Shown one piece after another: positions 26,332 to 32,000 of a stretch of DNA of 32,000 bases. Position 1 is the first letter of the stretch; each line of letters begins with the position of its first letter. The stretch lies in NCBI GenBank assembly GCA_025340205.1, contig CP006868.1, positions 600,001 through 632,000 of the forward strand. Reading direction: 5' to 3'. The position numbers were made by a program, and so were the translations under genes. The notes below the pieces were generated by a model, which had not been told where the DNA came from, did not search any database, and worked only from the letters and a program-made list of their open reading frames with translations. This DNA comes from Ignicoccus pacificus DSM 13166 (GTDB lineage: Archaea > Thermoproteota > Thermoprotei_A > Sulfolobales > Ignicoccaceae).

Positions 26332-26405
26332 TTCTTCATCCCCTATGAGGCCTCTGTTAAGAGCGTTAATGTGGAGGCGCTAAATCTGAGTGGTTCCTTC
26401 CCTAA

Positions 26406-26415
26406 TTTATATAAT
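26406..26415 (+). promoter_or_regulatory. Putative TATA box (TTTATATAAT) for the Cys-rich helical gene
   Basis: Centre is about 35 nt upstream of ATG 26446. Confidence 0.5.
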
Positions 26416-26445
26416 CCTAGAAGGGTAGAAGGTAAGCGATGGAGA

Positions 26446-27018
26446 ATGATAAGAGATACTTTCTCTTATTGTAACGAGCTGAGCATGGAATGTGGTACCG
26501 CCACCACGCTCCTAGAGCTGGCCTCCCGCGTCTCAATCTGTCCCTATTCAAGGGAGATTAGGGAAGTGACTAGAAAAGCAGAGGAGTTGATTGAACGACT
26601 GCTAACGCTTAATGAAGATTTAAATAAGGCTATGAAGAAGGGTCGATCCGATCTGTTCCTGGACATGCTATCATTAATTCAAAACAACATAACTTCCCTT
26701 AACAAGGAGCTCAACGAGCTCTTAAAGAAGCTCGATCAGAGTTGCAAGAAAGATGGTAGGTGTTGCGTAGCAGAGGAATTGATAGAAAAAGCAATTAAGA
26801 ACTTAGATTCATGTTTAGAGAAGACGAAGGAAAGTATAAGTAAGATGAGGAACATAATGGGTCTCTGCGAGAGCTGTCTGTACTTCTCAGAGCTCACCGG
26901 CTTGTGTATAAAGATGAGGGTAAAGGTAACGGATTCCGTACCGCCGTGTAGAGGGATGTACTTCAAGCCGATAAAGGAGGAGAGGGAGGAGGTCAAGCAG
27001 ATCTCAGTGCACGCTTGA
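26446..27018 (+). CDS. Cysteine-rich coiled-coil protein, hypothetical
   Basis: The ORF track starts at 26317, but the TATA box placement favours ATG 26446. Long helices and 'CESCLYFSELTGLCIKMRVKVTDSVPPCRGMYF'. Confidence 0.65.
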   Translation: MIRDTFSYCNELSMECGTATTLLELASRVSICPYSREIREVTRKAEELIERLLTLNEDLNKAMKKGRSDLFLDMLSLIQNNITSLNKELNELLKKLDQSCKKDGRCCVAEELIEKAIKNLDSCLEKTKESISKMRNIMGLCESCLYFSELTGLCIKMRVKVTDSVPPCRGMYFKPIKEEREEVKQISVHA

Positions 27019-28363
27019 CCACTTCCTCGACCTCCTTGTAGATTCGCTCTAGCTCGTCGGGATCCTTACTCTCCACCATGATTCTCATAACTGGTTCCGT
27101 ACCGGAAGGCCTCACTAGGAACCAGAAGTCTTGGCAAACGACCTTGAGACCGTCTATGGTCCACTTCTCGCAGTTCGGATACATCGAGGCCAGCTGCTGG
27201 TAGAGTCTCTCGTAGTCCACTTGAGGGGGTCTGGGCACCTTGCCCTTCTTGGCGTAAGCCTTTGGCAACTCGTCGAAGAGCTTGCTGGCCTTCTTGTTCT
27301 CAAGCGCCATCATTTCGAGGAACAAGGAGGCAGTCATAGCTCCGTCTCTAACTGGGTGGTGAACGGGGTTCATGAATCCGCCGTTCTCCTCGAAGCCGCT
27401 GAGTCCTCCCTCCCTGATCAAGGTGTGAGATATTACCACGCTTCCTACAGGTGTCCATCTAACCTCTATCCCCCTTGGCCTTAGATAGCCGTCCACTACG
27501 AAGTGGGAGGAGGACACTCCGGTAAAGGTTCTCTTGGGGAGTTGTGGGTACTTCTTGGAGAGATGATAGGTTAGCAAGGAACCGGACCTGTCTCCCCAAT
27601 GAACCCTTCCGAGCTCATCTCCTATTATCGCTCTATCGGCGTCGGCATCGTGAGCCACTAACAAGTCCGCCCCTACTGCCTTCACTATCTCCGCGGTCTC
27701 CTTGAGGCTTGAAGGGGTAGGTTCCGGCTCTCTTCCGGGGAAGGAGGGATCCAAGTTGCAGTTCACACAGAGCACCTTCACTCCAAGAGCCTTGAGGACT
27801 TGAGGCGTGGTGAGTGCCCCAACGCTGTTAGCTGCGTCAACGACCACCTTGTAGCCTTTCTTCCTTATGACCTCAACGTCGACTTCGTCCACTACTCCCT
27901 TCACGTAGGTGGATATGATCCTCTTCTCCTCTTTCCATCCCTTCACTTGATTGAACGATGCTCTCTTGAAACGCTCACTGAAAATTATCTCCTCTATCTC
28001 CCTCTCGCTCTCCCTTGGGAGCTCGACGCCGTTGGCTCCAATTACCTTGATGCCGTTGTAAGGAGGGGGATTGTGAGAGGCAGTAATCATTATTCCCATA
28101 TCATATCCTAAGCGAGGAACTGCGTACTGCAAGGCCGGGGTAGGAGCGAGGCCTCCGTAGTAGACTTCACATCCACAAGATAGGAGGCCCGCGCTTACGG
28201 CGTTTACGATCATATCCCCTCCGTACCTAACGTCCCTAGCGATCAGGACCTTCCCGCCCCCCAACCAAGTACAAGCCGCTTGGGCCACCTTCATTGCAAG
28301 CTCCGGAGTCAAGGTCTCGTTTACTATTCCCCTTACTCCATCGGTTCCGAAGAGCTTACCCAT
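26993..28363 (-). CDS. glmM: Archaeal phosphoglucosamine mutase / phosphomannomutase family protein
   Basis: 'LFGTDGVRGIVNETLTPELAMKVA', 'MITASHNPPPYNG', 'AHDADADRAIIGDE', 'VRPSGTEPVMRIMVE'. Confidence 0.93.
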   Translation of the reverse strand: MGKLFGTDGVRGIVNETLTPELAMKVAQAACTWLGGGKVLIARDVRYGGDMIVNAVSAGLLSCGCEVYYGGLAPTPALQYAVPRLGYDMGIMITASHNPPPYNGIKVIGANGVELPRESEREIEEIIFSERFKRASFNQVKGWKEEKRIISTYVKGVVDEVDVEVIRKKGYKVVVDAANSVGALTTPQVLKALGVKVLCVNCNLDPSFPGREPEPTPSSLKETAEIVKAVGADLLVAHDADADRAIIGDELGRVHWGDRSGSLLTYHLSKKYPQLPKRTFTGVSSSHFVVDGYLRPRGIEVRWTPVGSVVISHTLIREGGLSGFEENGGFMNPVHHPVRDGAMTASLFLEMMALENKKASKLFDELPKAYAKKGKVPRPPQVDYERLYQQLASMYPNCEKWTIDGLKVVCQDFWFLVRPSGTEPVMRIMVESKDPDELERIYKEVEEVVKRALRSA

Positions 28364-28400
28364 AAGCTATCTCCGTGACACAATACTACAAAGGTTATTA

Positions 28401-28458
28401 TTACCTCAGGCTGGGGCACCGCTCATCGAGTCGCCGGTAATACCACTCTTCATCGGTT
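28401..28458 (-). ncRNA. Box C/D guide sRNA candidate
   Basis: Minus strand 5'-CCGATGAAGAGTGGTATTACCGGCGACTCGATGAGCGGTGCCCCAGCCTGAGG-3': C (GATGA 28450-28454), D' (GCGA 28431-28434), C' (GATGA 28423-28427), D (CTGA 28406-28409). The D' guide GGTATTACCG is complementary to conserved 16S CGGTAATACC. Confidence 0.65.
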
Positions 28459-28671
28459 CTCAACTATCAGAGGACCCCACTCTATGTATTTCTTAACTAT
28501 AAAGAAACTCTTCGCCACGACCCCCGGCTCCTCCGGCACGCTCACTATCTTCTCTCCGTCTGTCGTTATCGCCACTAACCTCGCCAGCTTTCCTTCCTTC
28601 TCAACCCAAGCGTCCTTTATCTTGCCGTTCATGGCGAGGCCCTCGATTTGGAGTAGGTCGACGCCCTCCAA
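28450..28671 (-). CDS. Small hypothetical protein (73 aa)
   Basis: Intact ORF 'GLAMNGKIKDAWVEKEGKLARLVAITTDGEKIVSVPEEPGVVAKSFFIVKKYIEWGPL'. Its TGA overlaps the sRNA C box. Confidence 0.55.
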   Translation of the reverse strand: MEGVDLLQIEGLAMNGKIKDAWVEKEGKLARLVAITTDGEKIVSVPEEPGVVAKSFFIVKKYIEWGPLIVENR

Positions 28672-28750
28672 CTTCCCTCATGCTAGGCCTAGGAGGCGCT
28701 CAGTAATTAAGGTGGGTCTATATCGGGTATATACGTGGGAGTGAAGTGAT

Positions 28751-29680
28751 TTGATCGAACAGAGAAAGTTGGTGAAGTTGGGGAAGTCCACGCTGGTAAT
28801 CTCCTTGCCGGCCGAGTGGGTGCGCAAAAAAGGGCTTAAGGCCGGCGATACCTTGACGCTCTATATAGACGAAAACGAGATAACCATAATTCCCTCAACC
28901 CTTGGAAGCTCTCACAAGATAACAGCAACTATAAGGGTGAAGAGAATCGAAGATGAGGTTCTCTATAGAATGATAGTTTCCGCTTACATAGCCGGAGCTC
29001 AAGACATAACCATTGAGCTGGAAGATACTTCATTAATGAAGGAAGTGCTCAAACAAGTGAAGAACGCCACCTCCCATCTAATAGGTCTCGAAATGGTGGA
29101 TCAGAGTCTAAACAAGGTAGTCCTCCAAGCCTTTACCGACGTTCACGCTCAGAGCCTTGAAAGCCTAATAAATAGAATCTTGAAGTTGATGATTCTGATG
29201 CTTGATCATTTAAAAGAGGAAAAGATAGATTTGAGCTATCTAAACGACCTAGAGAATGAGATAGACAAGCTCTATAGGCTCACAATGAGGAGAGCCAACC
29301 TCACGCACGAGTTCTCCCGTTATTCCTTAACGTTCCTACCATCGTTCTTGTTAATGCTCGAGACGGTCTCAGACAGCATCATTCCACTAGCGAACGCCCT
29401 TGAAGGTAACTATAAGCAAGTGGCTGACGTAATTGAAATAACCAAGGAAACTCTCAAGTTCCTCGTTACTTACAGGATAGGACAAGGAAACGTTATGGAG
29501 ATAAATAAGAGAATAGAAGCTTTCGAACAGCTAGAGGGAGAGATCTTCCAGAGGGATCTTCCCCAAACGCTGAGGTACCGTTGCCTCAACTTCATCCACC
29601 TCTTAAAGAACGCGTTGCTAGTAGTCTTCAATATGGAAGTAGCTGAACTGATAAAGAAGTCTAAAGTGATAGTTCTTTGA
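28751..29680 (+). CDS. SpoVT-AbrB domain + PhoU-like regulator (phosphate uptake regulator-like)
   Basis: N-terminal 'RKLVKLGKSTLVISLPAEWVRKKGLKAGDTLTLYI' (AbrB type), C-terminal PhoU-like helical region. Confidence 0.88.
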   Translation: MIEQRKLVKLGKSTLVISLPAEWVRKKGLKAGDTLTLYIDENEITIIPSTLGSSHKITATIRVKRIEDEVLYRMIVSAYIAGAQDITIELEDTSLMKEVLKQVKNATSHLIGLEMVDQSLNKVVLQAFTDVHAQSLESLINRILKLMILMLDHLKEEKIDLSYLNDLENEIDKLYRLTMRRANLTHEFSRYSLTFLPSFLLMLETVSDSIIPLANALEGNYKQVADVIEITKETLKFLVTYRIGQGNVMEINKRIEAFEQLEGEIFQRDLPQTLRYRCLNFIHLLKNALLVVFNMEVAELIKKSKVIVL

Positions 29681-29975
29681 GCTTCTTCAACCACCATTCC
29701 TTGTACTTCTCCTTGTCCTTGCTAGTCTCCCTTACAACTTCGTCTAACTTAGAATAGCATATCTTACACACCCTTATGCCAGGATTAAGCTCGACGCTAC
29801 ACTCTCTACAGATGAGTCTTCCGCAGTAGTAGCACCTGCTTACGGAGAGTCTTTCTCTGCATACTTCACACCTTCCCATCTCACATGCTGGACAAGGGTC
29901 GTGAAGAGTGCAAAGAGGTCTTCCGCAGCTTGGGCACTTTTTTGCCGATGGCCTTCCACAGTAGTAGCAACGCAA
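29661..29975 (-). CDS. Cysteine-rich zinc-finger protein (multiple CxxC/CxxH)
   Basis: 'CYYCGRPSAKKCPSCGRPLCTLHDPCPACEMGRCEVCRERLSVSRCYYCGRLICRECSVE...CKIC'. TTG start inside the permease gene. Confidence 0.78.
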   Translation of the reverse strand: MRCYYCGRPSAKKCPSCGRPLCTLHDPCPACEMGRCEVCRERLSVSRCYYCGRLICRECSVELNPGIRVCKICYSKLDEVVRETSKDKEKYKEWWLKKLKELSL

Positions 29976-30672
29976 TTGTCATTACCGATACGGAATAGCT
30001 CAGGGGAAGGAAAAGGGATAGCGTCGCCGATGCCAAGGTAAAGACAAACGTAAGCATTATTTCCTCCTTTATCGTCTGGGCGCTGTAGCCGAGCAAGAGA
30101 GCGCCCAACGAGACCACGTGAGCCAGGAGGAATCCGTGGGAAAAGGTTAGGGTCGTGCCAGTCATTATAGCAAGTAAGAAGGTAAGGCCTATCCAAAGGG
30201 AGGGCTTGAGTCCCCTTACCTCACAGTATTCGGGATCGAAGATCGAATACTTGACGTTATCGTAAAACAGCACGTAGAGCGCGAACAGAACCAGCGAGAT
30301 AGCTAACATTTCCACGAGCTCCGGAGTTGGGGCGATGAACCCAGTTACAAAGGATTGGACCATTTCGTAGTACGAGTAAGAGACGAACGATAGGGAAAGC
30401 AGAGATATGGTATAGGCTATTACCTTTAAGTAAATGATACTTATTTCCTCTTTCTTTACCACTAAGAGGAGCAGTACAGCTGAGATCACCACCACCAATG
30501 GAAGTAAGGAGGGACAACAAGCGAGAGCCAGGAGAGCTGACGCCATGGCGAAGTCCGAGGAAGCTGGAACTAAGAAGCCGCTCTTGAGCGGGATTAAGGA
30601 TTTTCCTAATCTGACCAATACCACGAAAATAGCCACATTGATTAAGAGCATACTAATGTTCATGCTGGTCAC
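29881..30672 (-). CDS. ABC-3-type (ZnuB-like) metal transporter permease
   Basis: Polytopic, with 'FALYVLFYDNVKYSIFDPEYCEVRGL' and 'LTFSHGFLLAHVVSLGALLLGYSA'. Directly downstream of an ABC ATPase. Confidence 0.8.
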   Translation of the reverse strand: MTSMNISMLLINVAIFVVLVRLGKSLIPLKSGFLVPASSDFAMASALLALACCPSLLPLVVVISAVLLLLVVKKEEISIIYLKVIAYTISLLSLSFVSYSYYEMVQSFVTGFIAPTPELVEMLAISLVLFALYVLFYDNVKYSIFDPEYCEVRGLKPSLWIGLTFLLAIMTGTTLTFSHGFLLAHVVSLGALLLGYSAQTIKEEIMLTFVFTLASATLSLFLPLSYSVSVMTIALLLLWKAIGKKVPKLRKTSLHSSRPLSSM

Positions 30673-31435
30673 CCAAGAGAGGATAGCATATTCCGTCGTA
30701 AGATATTACCTTCACATGTATACCATATGCCTTCATAAGGTTTTCCGTCGTGAGAACCTCCTTTGGTTTACCCACGGCTATGAGTTTCTTATTGAGTAGC
30801 GCAACTCTCTTTATTGAATCGAGTATGGGAGCTAGGTCATGGGTGACCACCACTATGGTCTTCCCTTCTTGGTTGAGCTTCCTTAGCAAGGAAGCGACTA
30901 CCCTAGAGCTGTAAGCGTCCAGGGCCGAGAACGGCTCATCTAGTAAGAGAAGCTTTGGGTCGCTCACTATAGCCCTTGCGATGAGTACCCTCTGCTTTTG
31001 ACCTCCAGATAGTTCCCGGAAGAGCTTGTAGGCTACGTCCCTCAAGTTCACGTATTCTAACGCTTTAAGGGCCTTTTCCATGGCTTTATTCCTATTGAAG
31101 AGGAATTTCTTGGTGCTTATACCCATTAGAACTACATCTATAGCCCTTAAGGGTACCTTGTCGTTCACGTTCTCCTTCTGCGGCACGTACCCTATGTTCT
31201 CGACGACGACCTTCCTGTTCTTGAAGGGATCCTCTCCGAAGACCCTTACCTCCCCCTTTTCAGGCTTGACGACGCCTAGAATCACCTTGAGGAGTGTGCT
31301 CTTTCCAGCTCCATTAGGGCCGAGGATCGCCATATAATCTTGGGAGGGAATCTCTAGGTTTATGCCTTGTAAAGCGTATTCGTTTCTAAAACGGACCCAA
31401 ACGTCCTTGAGCTCGGCGACGTTCGTGGAAATCAC
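30653..31435 (-). CDS. ABC transporter ATP-binding protein, ZnuC/metal type
   Basis: 'LGPNGAGKSTLLKVILG', 'LSGGQKQRVLIARAIVSDPKLLLLDEPF', 'VVTHDL'. Confidence 0.93.
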   Translation of the reverse strand: MISTNVAELKDVWVRFRNEYALQGINLEIPSQDYMAILGPNGAGKSTLLKVILGVVKPEKGEVRVFGEDPFKNRKVVVENIGYVPQKENVNDKVPLRAIDVVLMGISTKKFLFNRNKAMEKALKALEYVNLRDVAYKLFRELSGGQKQRVLIARAIVSDPKLLLLDEPFSALDAYSSRVVASLLRKLNQEGKTIVVVTHDLAPILDSIKRVALLNKKLIAVGKPKEVLTTENLMKAYGIHVKVISYDGICYPLLGDQHEH

Positions 31436-31436
31436 C

Positions 31437-31871
31437 TCAGAGATAGTCGTCGAAGTCCCGGACCTTCTTGCCCATCTGGCGGAACTCCTTCTCCTCCTCT
31501 TCGAGATCCTTGAGGAAGTCTTCCTCCTTTTCCTCCTTTCTCAGCGCCCACGCGCATCTTCCATCAGGTAACAAGTACTTTCTCTCACAGTAGGCATATT
31601 GACAGTTGTAGCCTATACACCTATCCCCTACGAGTCTGCACATGACGACGGTCATCATCCTTCCTTTGATATACTTCTTAGTATACATTAAGGCGTTCTG
31701 TGAACACCTGAAGAAGGGGCACGCTGGGTTGCACTTGTCCCCTACTGGCTTCGGCGTTGCGTCCCTTCTGTACCCTCTATCCCTTCTAGGTCCTCCTCCT
31801 CTTCCAGTTCCTCTTCCTCCCCTTCTTCCGCCTCTCCTGAATCCATCGTAGCTCAAGGCGTGGACCCCCAC
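31437..31871 (-). CDS. Cys-rich protein with Gly/Arg-rich N-terminus
   Basis: 'GGRRGGRGTGRGGGPRRDRGYRR' followed by 'CNPACPFFRC...CRLVGDRCIGYNCQYAYC...GRCAW'. Abuts the ABC ATPase gene by 1 nt. Confidence 0.72.
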   Translation of the reverse strand: MGVHALSYDGFRRGGRRGGRGTGRGGGPRRDRGYRRDATPKPVGDKCNPACPFFRCSQNALMYTKKYIKGRMMTVVMCRLVGDRCIGYNCQYAYCERKYLLPDGRCAWALRKEEKEEDFLKDLEEEEKEFRQMGKKVRDFDDYL

Positions 31872-31897
31872 CTTGTCTCCTTATCTTACCTTATTGC

Positions 31898-32000
31898 CTA
31901 GGGCAAGTACCACTTAAAAACGATATGATGCACGTTCTCCCCTTTGATTATTGCAAGCATGAACCTCTTCCTGACGCCGTGGGCCACTCTCCCAGCCCTA
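31898..32000 (-). CDS. Possible 3' end of a truncated CDS (…AGRVAHGVRKRFMLAIIKGENVHHIVFKWYLP*)
   Basis: Open frame from the window edge to TAG at 31898-31900. Too short to identify. Confidence 0.3.
   Translation of the reverse strand, partial: RAGRVAHGVRKRFMLAIIKGENVHHIVFKWYLP

Noticed and set aside
1-32000. CRISPR arrays, insertion sequences, toxin-antitoxin or restriction loci
   Set aside because: I saw no regularly spaced direct repeats, transposase motifs, or RM/TA signatures. The window looks like core chromosomal DNA.
31925-32000. Plus-strand start 'MMHVLPFDYCKHEPLPDAVGHSPSP' at the window edge
   Set aside because: The opposite-strand frame (RKRFMLAIIKGENVHHIVFK) looks more protein-like. 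Both are too short to decide, so only the minus-strand option is listed, at low confidence.

Overview
This is a gene-dense archaeal chromosomal window. The protein signatures suggest a hyperthermophilic Crenarchaeote, possibly Ignicoccus-like; that assignment is inference. Most of it is ordinary core and metabolic content: HflX, aLhr-type helicase, ArsA-like ATPase, FKBP, Nep1, a SSSCA1-type zinc ribbon, nicotinamidase/isochorismatase, archaemetzincin, phosphohexomutase, Grc3/Clp1-type RNA kinase, an SpoVT-AbrB + PhoU regulator and a Zn/Mn-type ABC transporter. I see one clear tRNA, tRNA-Thr(CGT), with a 14-nt intron after position 37. I see no CRISPR array, transposon or classical defence island. 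The items most worth a second look are: (1) a likely box C/D sRNA on the minus strand at about 28401-28458. Its C box overlaps a stop codon and its D' guide matches the universally conserved 16S 530-loop sequence. (2) A GC-rich three-way-junction RNA candidate at about 20540-20625. (3) A [NiFe]-hydrogenase large subunit followed by a 2[4Fe-4S] ferredoxin, with no adjacent small subunit. (4) An mqnE-ubiD pair suggesting an archaeal futalosine pathway. (5) A metal-transport operon whose permease 3' end is overlapped out of frame by about 95 nt by a zinc-finger gene, and which is led by an RGG/Cys-rich protein. (6) Two secreted or anchored beta-propeller-like proteins. (7) A metallopeptidase-VWA protein cluster. 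(8) A protein with TrmB/PLD-like halves split by membrane segments. I cannot demonstrate a complete new system from sequence alone.
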